NCBI RefSeq assembly: GCF_006345805.1
Contig: NC_042997.1
Location: 57,288,001-57,352,000 of the forward strand
DNA: 64,000 nt
Source of the DNA: Octopus sinensis
Taxonomy: Eukaryota
Direction: 5' to 3'
Shown here: positions 37,999 through 50,937 of the stretch, piece after piece
Layout of the letters: the number at the start of each line of letters is the position of its first letter
Numbering within the stretch: the first letter of the stretch is position 1
Made by a program: the position numbers and the translations under genes
Notes under the pieces: generated by a model
Told to the model about the DNA's origin: nothing
Databases searched by the model: none
Seen by the model: the letters and a program-made list of their open reading frames with translations, nothing else

Positions 37999-39445
37999 AT
38001 TCATAGATTTATTACAATATTGTATCACAGTTTTCCTTGTTGCTGGTAACATTCTTGGAGGAGGTTATCACTGGTGAAACCCACAGCTTACCACTTCATA
38101 AATCAACACCCTTTACTTTCTCTGAATTGTTCCACCCATTTTAATTGGTCTGATTCTTATCAAACACAAAAATACAGCAGGTCAAAATTGATCAAACTAA
38201 GATTTGAATCACAAAACTGAGAATATGAACTTATCAGAATGAATTAATTCTGATATGCTTTACTTGGCATGATTGTTGTTCACTATACATTGCAAGTAGG
38301 GTTAAAGTTAAGGCAGGGAGAATAAAGTATTTCTTTTCTTGAAGTGAATGTTAAAGTTAACATCTTCAAACATATTTCTAGCTCAAACCTCTAGAATTTA
38401 ATAAATATTTAACTAAAAATATTTATTTTATAAATATGTTTGAATGTATAAAGTACCCTTATTGAAAATACAAAATTACATGTAAACGACAACTTTCTCA
38501 AATTACTTTTTGTTATTAATATACTTGTATTTGTCTCTTAATTACTGGAATTTACCATACTCTTCTTTTGATGAGAGAAAGAGAAATATTTCATTAATTA
38601 TATCAAAAATTCAAACAGAATTATTAATAAATAATAAAGTATATTGGTGAAGCAAACCAGAAACTATGCTAAACATTGGACAGTATGTTAGAATTCTTCT
38701 ATGGAAAAGTTTGGAATAGTTTCTTTGCATTTTATAGTGTTTCATTGATTCCACCCACAGGTACATACTATCGCATTCATAAATTCATTACAATATTGTA
38801 TCACAGTCAGTTTTCCTTGTTGCTGGTAACATTTTTGAAGAAGGACAAAACAGAAAGAGTAACAATTATCAGTTTACCATGAAATGAATTAATAGGAAAT
38901 AGGCAAAGGAAATTATTTAAGAGGGAAGAGACATTCTGTATTGCCATGTGGGCTAGTTAGTATGGTTCTACAAATCTGAGTGAGGATTCACCTCTTGGAG
39001 TGGGAAGAACGTTTGATGCAGAATTTTATAAAACATTGATTTGTGTGCGATTTATAAATACATCATATATACTACCAAACTCAAAGGTCATACGTATTTA
39101 GCACTGGTTACTACAATACTTAATGAGTTTGAAGCAGGGTTTATATTTCACTTCTGATCTATTACTAGCCTAGTGATAAGATAACAGCTTATGGATATAA
39201 TAAGAGTAATATTCACTAACTTTATTCCATTTTCATTTTTCAACTCATTTTCCATAAATAGATACACAAACACACTACTGTGTGTGTATGTGTGTGTGTG
39301 TGTATATGTATATATATATTAGGGTTTAGGAGAAGCTTCAAAGCTTCAGTTAGAAGCCTGAGGCATAGAGTTTGTCTTGTTACCCTATTCATAAATTCAT
39401 TACAATATTGTATCACAGTCAGTTTTCCTTGTTACCGGTAACATT
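37999..39445 (-). repeat. three dispersed copies of a 55-59 nt motif (37999-38053, 38775-38833, 39387-39445)
   Basis: attcataaattcattacaatattgtatcacagtcagttttccttgttgctggtaacatt; each copy is followed on the minus strand by a GTA donor-like site. Confidence 0.85.
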
Positions 39446-39649
39446 CTTGAAGGACGACAACTTTACCTTCTGGGATCAATAAAACTAAAGTTCTACAGTC
39501 GATTTAAGAGTTTTACAAAGCAAATCATAATAAAAGACAAAACATTTGATGTAACTGGTTTATTTATGGATTCCTTATATTGGTTCAAGGCCACTTATTT
39601 TTAGAGAAGGAAAAAAAAAACGGAATTTGTAATGTTCACGTATTTCTGG

Positions 39650-41482
39650 ATAATACTGATGATGAAAGTAAAATCGCACTAACCGAGAATCGGTGTCAGT
39701 GCGTATGTATATGGTAAAATAAATATAAAGTAGACTTTTTTAATAACTGGAGCGAATAAAGTAGGAGAATGTTGGGGTATAAGCAATATCTATGAGCAAA
39801 TACTAAAGTAATTGCTGTAATAACAGATTTGAGAAAGAGAGAGAGAGAGAGAGAAAAGACCGGTCTGCAAAAGACAGTAAGAACTCAGAAAATGGAAAAC
39901 GTGAGAAAACTTGGGAATTAAAAGAAGTTCTTAAGTTATTGAGGGTTTTAATACAAATGTACGTAAGTAGATTCCTGTTCTAAAATAAAAAATAAATTGA
40001 GTATTTCATTTCTGTCACTTCTCCAAGTTGAAAGAGTTCAATAAACCTGGTTGAATCAGCAACACAATATTTTTTCTTTTAATGGTTTGTTACAGGGATT
40101 TCCATACCTAGAAAAATATTTATTGGCTAATTAACAGGTGTCACGTTCAGTTGACTCTATAGAAAGAAGAATAGCTGCAAGAGAGAATTGAAACCGGGTC
40201 ATAGACTCAGCTCGCTTGATAATTGGCTTCAACTCCATGACGTTCGACGAGCATGGATACAGTTAGTTAAAAATCATGGCAAAATAACATTAATTGTTGC
40301 CAGATTGGTTACGAAAAATATTTGGATCCATAAAGGTTTTATATTATATCAATTAACAATGCACTTATATTTCTAGTTATAGCATTCTGTAATGATAAAG
40401 ATTTTTGAAATAATATACAGAATTCCGTAAACTACTTGAAATAATCTAGACTTCACACATTGTTAGATAGAGCTCCCAGGCAAAAACTAATATACTAATA
40501 CCCAGTGGCTATTTGTTTTCTTTTTTTATCTATGATAGAAGTTACGACACACTTTAGACGTTACCTTTAAAAGCAGTAACTGAATCTTTAAAAAAACTGA
40601 AAGGTAAAAAAAGATTAAAATAACACTTCAAAATTATTCATTTCAATGTTAAAATTTAGGCAATGATGTTATTTAAAATTGTGCTAGAGCTCTATAAAAC
40701 TTAGTTTCCTTTGAAGGGGTGGTCTCCGTAATTTTGGTTTCAAAAGGAAATGGAGAGGGAATTCTATTTCGAGTAGCAAAAATTTTAAACGTAAACTTTC
40801 ATTGAAATTAAAATTCTTCGAAAAGGAATGATTGAAAAAAGTGTTGTTAATGAACAGGTTATAAAAAGAAGAAAAAAATCATTGCTTTTCTCTTAATATA
40901 ATTTTTACGTTGACATCCTTTCCGTGTCTGTGGTAAAACACCCGGCTCTGGCGAAAGTAAAAGATAAAAGTCACACCCGTATGTAACATGAGAAATACGT
41001 TAGTAAAAGCTCACCCTTAGCTTTCATGTTGAAGGGCACTTAGTAGAGTGATGTTAAGTGTTTCCAAGTCTATAAGAAGGATTATACGTAAGAATCAGTA
41101 GGGGTGATAAAATAGTCAAATAAATATATTATTGACATTATGGAATTCTGCTATTATTGATGAAAAGAAAAGAGAAGAATTCAAGTAAGAATTAAATAAT
41201 AAAACTGTTACTTACAATAAGTAGAAGCTACCAATTCCTTCATTTCAGTAGAACACAGTTTACTGCCTCGCTTCCCCATACTGCAAATGAATGGAAGCTT
41301 ATCAAATTGTATGAGTTTTCTTATTTTTACCTTTTTTTTTCTTTTCCGTTTGAAAAATATCTATATATAATGTAGCTTATGTATTTTCCCGGTGAGTTGT
41401 GTTCTGTTCTTCTTTTCTTTGCGCTTGGCTGAAGAACTACTGGCGCTAAACAGAAGATTTATGAAAACAGGTATAAATATAA

Positions 41483-41545
<63 letters not shown>

Positions 41546-41700
41546 TATCTATGTGTATTCACGTGTTTCTATATACGTGTGTGCGTAACTAATCAAATCT
41601 GTTTTGGCTCTCGCGAAGCAGTATAATATCGTGGAATATCAATTAGTGTCACATCAGAATGTTTTCTCTTTGAAATACCTTAGCCACCTGTATGTTTCCA
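39650..41700. promoter_or_regulatory. possible promoter or first-exon region
   Basis: No recognisable TE apart from a short TA tract, visibly more CpG than its flanks, TCTCGCGAAG at 41609 (8/10 match to TCTCGCGAGA), plus-strand donor ccg|gtgagt near 41391. Confidence 0.3.
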
Positions 41701-42289
41701 GTTTTATTTACAACTGTTTAAAGATCCGACATTAAAAGAAATAACACCGAAAATCAGCTGGCTGTAATGTAATCCCTTGTTGAAACAACGTCACTTTTTT
41801 AAAGAACAACAAAGAAGAGAGCAAGGAATAAGGAAAAGAGAGAAAGTATAAAAGAGGAGAGAAGGAATAAAAGCAATTCCGACTCGTGTGAGAAAAGGAT
41901 TGTTTTTCTGCAGCGAGATAGCAACTGAAACTGTATTCAAGTCTAATAAGAGTGACAGTATAGAAAAGATGCATTAAGTGTAACTTAACTGCTAAAAATC
42001 CACGAAGCTGCCTACATTATGTCGTTGGAACACAAACACACAGTTCGCCTCACTGTCACAAATCTAGTTCCATGTGTGTGCATGTGCCTAGTTTCCAAGC
42101 GTATATACAAGTGATTGCGGATTTGTGTACGCACGCACGCACGCATATGCATCGCCTCGCGTGCATGCATCGTTCGCTTACACTTAGAAATGTGAGTGCA
42201 TAGTTGCCTATATACATACAAGTGAGCGCACAATTATATATGTGTGTGTGTACATATAAATAAAACATAAATATATGTATATATATTGT

Positions 42290-42570
42290 GTTAGGGGTGT
42301 AGAACAAACACACACATTTATATATATAGTTAATCCAAACAAGAAAGCACAAAAAAACACAACAACGCGAGGACGTGGAACAAATATAGTATTATTGGAC
42401 GCTCAGGAAAGAAGGAGGGTTTAACGTTTCGAGCGGAGCTCTTCGTCGGAAACATAGGAGAAGGAAAGATCCAGAAAAGGGAAGACAGAGGGGAAAAAAT
42501 CGCCAACGGTACACACGAGGTCACATATAAATGTATATTGAGGGTGTAAAACAAACACACACATATATAT
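42290..42570 (-). mobile_element. Penelope-type pLTR fragment with flanking ~25-40 bp direct repeat
   Basis: Minus strand has a pyrimidine-rich tract followed by a hammerhead-like motif. gggtgta.aacaaacacacaca occurs on both sides. Confidence 0.55.
42419..42453 (-). ncRNA. minimal hammerhead-like motif, U4C variant
   Basis: GTTT-CCGACGA-aGAGC(tcc)GCTC-GAA-ACGT-T-AAAC; helix I 4 bp, helix II 4 bp, palindromic ACGU helix III. Confidence 0.6.
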
Positions 42571-42614
42571 GATGATGATGATGATATATATATATATATA
42601 TTTATATATCATCA

Positions 42615-44150
42615 TCATTCAGCGTCTGCTTTCCGTGCTGGCATGGGTTAGACGATTTAATTGGGACTGGTAAGCCAAAGAGTTGTACCAGGTTCCAATA
42701 TGATTTGACTGGATTCCCTTCCTAACACTGACCACTCCAAGAGTGTAATGGGTGCTTTCTATGTGCCGCTGACACTGGTGCCAGTTACACAACACTAGAA
42801 TCGGCCACAACTACAATTTCACTTGGTTTGACAAGTGAAATCGTAGTTGCAACAAGTCTTCTCAAGCACAGCATATCGTCAAAGATCTTGGTCACTGCCT
42901 CATTGAGGCCCAACTTTCGAAGATCATGCTTCACCATCTCGTCCCATGTCTTCCCCAGTCTACGTCTTCCACAATTTCCCTCCATAGTTAGAGAGTTGCA
43001 TTTCTTTACACAGCTGTCCTCATCCATATCCGTCACATGGCTATATCAGTGCATTTGTCTCTCTTGCACACCACATCTGATGCCTCTTATGCCCAATTTT
43101 TCTCTCAAGATACTTACACTCTATCATACATGCACACTGACATTGCACATCCAGCAAAGCATACTAGCTTCATTTCTTTCAAGCCTTCACATGCCCTCTG
43201 CAGTCACAATCCCTGTTTCATTGCCATATAGCATGGCTATTAACACACAGGGATCATACAATCTGCCTTTCACTCTGAGAGAGAGAGGCCCTTTGTTACC
43301 AACAAAGTTAGAAACTCTCTGAACTTTGGCCAGCCTATTCGTATTGTAACAGTTATGCTCTTGGAGCATCCCACTGGCATTTGATGGAGATTATTTTCTG
43401 TACATTTCTAGTGTTTATTGTACCTGTACATCAGCCATGCACAAAGACTGTTTTCCCTGTTAACTTCCTCTGATATTGCTGGGCCTCTTATATGTCCATA
43501 GCTTGCACTGGGAACATCTTATGGAGTTTCTACCTATACCTTTTCTACAGATCAAGCAGGCCCGTCTACCTGAAGAGATTTGCGATGTGTCTGCTTTCCC
43601 ACTTACTAAGACTGGGTTTTTGCAAAATTAACTCTAAGGCTCTTTGATTCTAGATCTTGCTTCCACACCTGAAATTTCTTCTCTAGTTCTGATAGTGATT
43701 GAGCTATAAGAACAAGGTTATCAGCATATAGGAGTTCTCAGGGGCAGCCTAATTTAAGTTCCTCTGTTATTGCTTGGAGGACTATGACAAACAAGAGGGG
43801 GTTTGAGGACTGATCCTTTGTGAGCCCTAATTGTACCCTGAATTCATTACTCATTGCCAACCCTCACCTTACTGACAGCATCCCAGTACATTGCTTGTAC
43901 AACTTTCATCTATGCCTACTTTTCACACTGACCACCAGATAAGGGAGCCGGGGACCTTGTCAAAGACATTTTCCATGTCAACAAAACCAAGTACAGGGGT
44001 TTATTTATATTTGGCGAGGTACTTCTCCTGCAGCTACCTTACCAGGTATATGGCATCAGTGGTGCTTCTCCCTGGCACAAAACCAAACTGCATCTCATCT
44101 AAAATAACCCTCTCCCTAAATTGTTTGTGCTATGACCCTCTCTGTACCTT
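42615..44150 (-). mobile_element. decayed RTE LINE (RT plus 3' tail)
   Basis: Same motif order as 27190-29520, with many stops and frameshifts. Confidence 0.9.
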
Positions 44151-44964
44151 TCAATATATAGTAAAATAATATTTAAGCCTAATTTAACCAGTTCTACAAA
44201 TGAAAAGCATAATCCTCTGAAGTTAATTGGGGGGGGGGAGGCAATGTCAAAAAGACAATTGATTTACTCTGTTTTCAACACAAGCCAACAAAAAATATAT
44301 ATCCATCTGAATGCAAAAAGTGAAAGACATACACACAATGTAAACTCATGTTTTCTCAGTTTGGAATTTTTAACTATATCTTCAAATGAAAACATGCATA
44401 AACAAGTTTGAAAAAGGAATAAGAATGCCAAAGGAGATTTAAACCCATCAAAAGAGTGGTATCAAATTTTATTAGTTTAAGACAGGAGAAGAAGCTGTGC
44501 CCATAGTCTTTGCTGGCCCTCCAAAACCTGCAAAACTGATGCCTTTAACATTTCAATTAAACTGTTGAAAGTCAAGGGCTGCAGGAAAAACCCACTGGGA
44601 CGGGATTTCCAGGGGTCTGACATCCAAGGAAGAAAGGTTTGGTTGTAATGCTGGGTCTAGGGGTATTAGACACATTATAGATGATGAAAGGAAAGGTGAG
44701 AAAAGAGTGCCCGAATGGAGGTCACAGGAGATCAACAAGTTTTGAAGAGTGAAACCATTGTAGTGCAGTAGAAAAGTAAGAAGAGTGGACACAGCATTTC
44801 TGGGATAAGAAATGTGACTGACTTCACACCAATCAGTCAAGTGGTGTTTTTCTGGGTGGAATCCAGGATATGTGTGTGTATTTCATTGCAGGTCTCATTT
44901 GAGCTTACTTTCTTTATTAACCTGCCTGTGATACTAGGATCCTGTCTATGCCCACGTGGACAAC

Positions 44965-46800
44965 AGACATTAAACGATAATGATGATTACTAAAACCTTA
45001 GTCTTTACTAAGTTTACCTTGAGGCCTTTTGATTCTAGGTTCAACTCCCTTGTCTGGAATTTCCCCTCTAATTCACCTATAGATTTAGCTAAGAAAACTA
45101 GATCATCAGTGTATAAGAGTTCCCACGGACAGCCAGTCGTAAACTCAACTCTGATGCCTTGATGAACTCCTAACTTCACACTGAAATTGTCAGCTCTCAC
45201 TCCACTTGCTGCATCTTTGTACATAGCTTGCACAACCCTCATAAGCCATTCATCTTCATCTGGTTTCCTCAGTAACCACCAAATTACTGAGCTCTGCATC
45301 TAGTCAAACACCTTCTCCAAATCAACAAAAGCTAAGAATAGTGGTTTATTCTTAACCAAGTATTTCTGATGTTGTTTCCTCTTAAGAAAGATTACATCAG
45401 TGACTTCTTCCAGGCACAAAGGCAAACTGCACTTCATCTAGGTCTACTTTGTGCCTACCCACGGGCAGACAGGCAGGCATGATATTGAGAAAGAGGGATG
45501 ATTACTAAAAGGAAATGGTTCCAAGAAGAGGGGTAACCAATAGCACAAAAGGGAATAAAATATTTGCAGTTCTGCTCTTATATGAGTACAGTAGCTGATT
45601 AGTGATGTAGTTAGTAGAGTAGTGGGGGGAGAATGGGGGTTAGGAAGATGAGAAGCAGAGAAGATTTGACAGGGACAAATTGAGTGCAGTGGCAGAGTAT
45701 AAATAGTAATTTGCCCTGGCACAAAACCAAACGGCATTTCATCTAGTCTAATTCTTTTCCTAATTAATTGGCCTCTAACTCTTTCCATAACTTTCAAAAC
45801 CTGGTCCAACAATTCTATCTAAGATATATCTTTTATTCATGTGCAATGCTGTCACACCAGCCATTGAGTATGATACAACCAGATTAACTATATGGGTGAC
45901 AATGCCAAACATAGCTCCACCAAATATTTTAAACATCTCAACAAGTGATTCCTGATGGACCAGAAACTTTTCTTACCTTCATATTCTTAATTGCTTTATC
46001 CATTATACTGCTGTTGACGAGGATAGCTGGTCACTTTGTTGGGAGGACCTTCTGCACCCATGTATTCTCCACATTTAATACCATTTTAGCTTTTCACAGT
46101 AGCACTTCTCTGACTCCTTATTATGAAAATTATTTAGTACAAGTGTACTGTTATTCATCTGCACACACTTCTCATCCTTAGCATATTGATTCTCTCTGAT
46201 ACACTGTCTTGCAATCCACAATATCTCATGTCTGACCCTCGTGATGCAGAACAGTGACAAACCTCTTACTTTCTACTTCTCCCTTTGTTAATTAAACATG
46301 TCACCTAGCTTCCCTTCTAGTTGCTGGATATAATTTTCTGCTGTCTCCATTTTACCAATCTTTCCAAGAAGTCCTTTTACTTCTCAAATTACTGTCTCAG
46401 AGGTCTCTACCCATAGTTTTTTACCACCTTTACATTTTGCATGTACCTAGTTCTTGTCTCTCTGCCTGGATAATTCCACTGACTTCCTTAAGGGCAAGGC
46501 TTTCTTTAGCATCTGCTGTAGCATCTAGGACCTTCCATTTCCTGTCAGTTTCCAGTATAGGCAGTACTGGTCTTACCACTCAATCCTTGGAGTATTTTAA
46601 CATCATCTGTAAACTCGTCTTTCTTGCTTTGATTTCTTCACAACTGATCTAAGTAGCAACTTCAATTTTGGCTGGCAGCAGTTTAGGGCAAAATTTGATA
46701 GTTTAGGAGGCACCCTAGCCATTTCCTGGTGAATTTGTTAATCTTCACTTCTATTGCCTCAACTGTACTTGTAACAATTTTCTACATGAGTAGTGGCCAC
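44965..46800 (-). mobile_element. older RTE LINE fragment (EN-RT linker to RT) interrupted at about 45430-45700
   Basis: MLDQVLKVMERV..LDEMPFGFVPG, GCPWELLYTDDL, KGLKVNLVKTKVL. Confidence 0.8.
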
Positions 46801-47329
46801 AGCAACACCTAGGTATAAGCATATGTTGGAGGCACCAGACTTTGTATTTCTCTAGCAATGAGCAGCAGCCAACTTTCACCTTCATCTGTGCGCGCGTGCA
46901 TGCACATGCATTTGTTTGTATGGATGCGTAATACACATACACACACATACACATTACATATGAATGTGCATGTATGTATAAGTTTGTGTGTGTGTACGTG
47001 CATTTTGAGAGACATGACACATTATCAAAAGACATTGGCTCAGTAAACAGTTTCACAATCCACTTCTTATATTCCATGTGGTTTGACAATAACCATCATA
47101 TCTGTATAGGCTAGCATGTGGAGTTTGAGCTACATTATATATTAATAAGAAATGCAGAACAATAGCATGTTATATAAAGTTCAAAAATACCAGTTACATT
47201 TTCTGCATTTCATATATATGTGAGTGTATGTTTACGTACATACATACATACATACATACATACACATACATATATACATACACGTGTGTGTGTGTATTTG
47301 TGAATGCATGGATATATGTGTGTGTACAT

Positions 47330-47915
47330 ATCATCATCATCATCATCATTTAGCGTCCGCTTTCCATGCTAGCATGGGTTGGACGGTTCAACTGGGGTCT
47401 GTGAAGCCAGAAGGCTGCACCAGGCCCAGTCTGATCTGGCAGTGTTTCTACGGCTGGACGCCCTTACTAACGCCAACCACTCCGTGAGTGTAGTGGGTGC
47501 TTTTTACGTGCCACCCGCACAGGTGCCAGACGGAGCTGGCAAACGGCCACGGACAGATAGTGCTTTTTACGTGCCACCGGCACGGGGGCCAGGCGAAGCT
47601 GGCAACGGTCACGATCGGATGGTGCTTTTTACGTGCCACTGGCACGGGGGCCAGCTGGAGCTGGCAAACGGCCACGGACAAATGGTGCTTTTTACGTGCC
47701 ACCGGCATGGGGGCCAGGCGAGGCTGGCAACGGTCACAAACGGATGGTGCTTTTTACGTGCCACCGGCACGGAGGCCAGTCAGGGCGGTGCTGGCAACGA
47801 CCACGATCGGATGGTTCATTTACTTGTCACCGGCACTGGTATCACAGCTGCAATTTCTATTGATGTTGATCGACTTCGATTTTGGTTCTGCTTTCTGATA
47901 TCTGATTTGATTTGG
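47330..47915 (-). mobile_element. young RTE 3' UTR with about 6 minisatellite units
   Basis: Near-identical to 27190-27690, CpGs retained. Confidence 0.9.
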
Positions 47916-47928
47916 TTTGATTTTGATT

Positions 47929-47994
<66 letters not shown>

Positions 47995-48000
<6 letters not shown>

Positions 48001-49911
48001 GAAAGTCAATGTCTGTGTGTTACTTATAGCCATAAAAACTACTGGACCGATCCTAATGGAATAAGGAAGGAAAAATCCAGGCCTAGGGAGAAGGGTAATG
48101 CCATATGTTTCATACAATTTTGAAGGGGCATAAAGGAGGGCAGAATGCCCCCTCCCCCTGTGAAAATTCATATGCTTCGGATTTTGATGAAATTTGTACC
48201 ATAGAAATAAATTTTAAAATATACCCAAAATTTCCATTTCTTTAGATGATTCTAAGACCCGCAATGGGAGCTTAACCTCTAAATTTTACTCATTTTTCAT
48301 GGAGTAAAATTACTGAATGGATCCTTATGAGATTTGGAACTTAGATTCAAAGCATAAGGGCAGGTATAATGCAGCATATTTGGTTTGAATTTTAGGGGGC
48401 TTAAAGGAGCAGAAACCCCCATGAAAATTCATAAATATCTGATGTTGATGAAATTTCAACCTTAGGTAATTGACGCAAATTAAGAGGTATTCCCAAAGTT
48501 TCTGCTTCTCATGAAGGTTTTGAGAATCCCTAATGGAGGCATTAACTCCCAAATTTTAATCATTTTTATGATCCAAAACAAGCTCAAAAGTACTGAATGG
48601 ATCTTCATGAAATTTGGAAATTATATTCTATACATAAGGGCGGATGTAATGCAGTATATATTTGAAAGTGAGGGGAAATAAATGAGGCTATAATCCCCAT
48701 GAAAATTCATATATCTTTGCTGGTGATGAAATTTTAACCATAGATATTAGACACAAATAAAGTAATATTCCTAAAATTTCAACTTCTTAGGTTAGAAAGA
48801 CCCCTTAATAGGGGATTAAACCCCACAATTTAGTTATTTTTCCTAAGCCAAGATGAACACAATTGTAGTCTCGGAAGCTGTAAAGTCACCAGAGGATACA
48901 AGATGAGCATTATTTGTAATTCAATGGTACAACAGTGTAAGAGTTTGCTTTAAGATATACTTAGATTGTGATTTCTGCAATGCGGTGCATAAATTGTCAA
49001 ATGAAGAAGAAGCATCGTTGCCTCCACTGATTCAGTTGCAAAGTATTATTTTGAGTAAAGTGATTTGGTTACAGACCTCCTTTGTGTCTTTTTTATTATC
49101 ACTGGATCAGAGATAGTTCCCAGATGGTAACATTGATTTCAAAGCCTTTCCAGATAAGTGACTGGTCATTCAGAGAGATTTAAAGATTGCAAATTTATTC
49201 TGTTCAGTTACCTATCAGCATAATGATCATTGGCAAACTCCAGAGGTGGCACTTACATTTCCCCTTAGCCCTCACATCACACAGTTGTTAATGTTTATTT
49301 CAGTTGGGTTATGCCCTTCCAATTGCTATAGATCCATAATGTATCTTACGGCTGTGTCGGTCACCTGTATGGTGAGGAATCCTACAGTGGGGAGTGGTAA
49401 TAACTAGGGTAGGGTAGCTGACTGCTTATTGCGATCATTTGTCTTTTGGTTTCCTCTAGCTTTGCTCTCTTTTACAAACCCAGTGAACATTCATATATTT
49501 CCGATTTCAAAGAAATTTGAACAATATAAATAAGACACAAGTTAAAAAAGATTCCCAACAATTCAACTTCTCTGGTTGATTTTAAGACACCCCCCCCCCA
49601 ACTAATATGGGCCTTAACTCACACATTTTAGAGCTCCATGTGTTCCATTTTACAGGAGCAAAAACCTTTGAATGGGTTTTATAAGATTTGGATTTTAGAA
49701 TCTGGGCATGAAGATGAGTAGTATGGGATATATCATTATTAGAATTTTTGTTGGGGTGTGTAAAGGAGGAAAGAATCCCCATTAAAATTCTTAATCCCCA
49801 ATTTTGATGAAATTCAAATCATGGGTATTCCAATTCATTAGAGAAAATATAAAAGAAAAGTCTAATTCTTCAATTCCATGTGACATAGGCAATGCCGGGT
49901 ATCTCTGCTAG
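47995..49911 (+). mobile_element. non-autonomous Helitron with ~260-280 bp internal subrepeats and a ~700 bp insert
   Basis: 5' tatatgaaagtcaatgtctgtgtgt...actactggaccgat; 3' gcaatgccgggtatctctgCTAG|T. Subrepeats start near 48155, 48416, 48695 and 49777. Confidence 0.7.
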
Positions 49912-49922
49912 TATATATATAA

Positions 49923-49966
<44 letters not shown>

Positions 49967-50504
49967 TCATCATCATCATCATATATATATATATATATCA
50001 CTGAAGAAAAGGTGTGGTGTGTGTGTGTGTACATGTGCATATATGTATGTATATAGATGTCTATATTTTTATGCATATATATATATCAAAAGGATTGCTT
50101 ATGAATGTATATCTCAAGCTATATGGACCAGTCAGTGCATGGAATTTGAATGTTTTAATTATCCTTTTGTAGTGAAATAAAAATGAAAAATAACAAGAAA
50201 TCACTATGAGCATATCTTGTCTTTCTCAATCTTAATGGCATTGGAATCTTACTTATTAGCATCTTTGTTTTGATAAGAAGCCTTTGACTATTACCATATA
50301 CGTATTTAAATAAATTCCTTGATTCATTTCACCACAAAAAGTGGGTTCTGTGGAAATCAAGTTTCTATAAAATTGCTGTCCAACTGCTTAAAATTCTTAA
50401 GTTTATTTTTAGTCATTTGTTATACAATCTCTGATAATTTGGTGATGTGATCTTATTGATGTTATTCTTTGCATAGTATGCATTTTCATTCTGCACTGGT
50501 GCCA

Positions 50505-50740
50505 CATAAAAATCTCCCATGCTGGTGCCATGTAAAAAGCGCTTATGCTGGTGCCACATAAAACACCCAGTACACTCTGTAAAGTAGTTGACATTAGGAA
50601 GGGCATCCAGCCATAGACACAATGCCAAAACAGACAACTGGAGCCTGGTGCAGCCCTCTGATTTGCTAGCTCCTGTTAAACCATCCAACCCATGCCAGCA
50701 TGGAAAACAGATGTTAAATGATGATGATGATGATGATGTG
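50505..50740 (+). mobile_element. RTE 3' tail
   Basis: ggtgccacataaaa units, aggaagggcatccagcc, (gat)n tail. Confidence 0.8.
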
Positions 50741-50887
50741 TAAGAATGTATTGAATAAGTGGGAAATTTTATCTCCATTCAGCCATTAAAACTATGCCTA
50801 TGCAAATATTGAATCATGGCACAGTCTTCTCGTTCATCAGGTCCTTTAAACTGTTCAACTAATGCCAACAGAAACAAACCTTAAATA

Positions 50888-50935
<48 letters not shown>
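50888..50935. repeat. (ATG)n microsatellite
   Basis: Seen directly; source of the poly-Met pseudo-ORF. Confidence 0.95.

Positions 50936-50937
<2 letters not shown>

Noticed and set aside
37999-39445. snoRNA, U7 or spliced-leader identity for the triplicated motif
   Set aside because: No properly placed C/D boxes, H/ACA two-hairpin fold or Sm site plus hairpin could be shown.
38236-39710. Short hairpins TATCAGAAT/ATTCTGATA (about 38236) and GCACT-ACCGA/TCGGT-AGTGC (about 39678)
   Set aside because: Stems of 9-10 bp are expected by chance in 64 kb; no other support.
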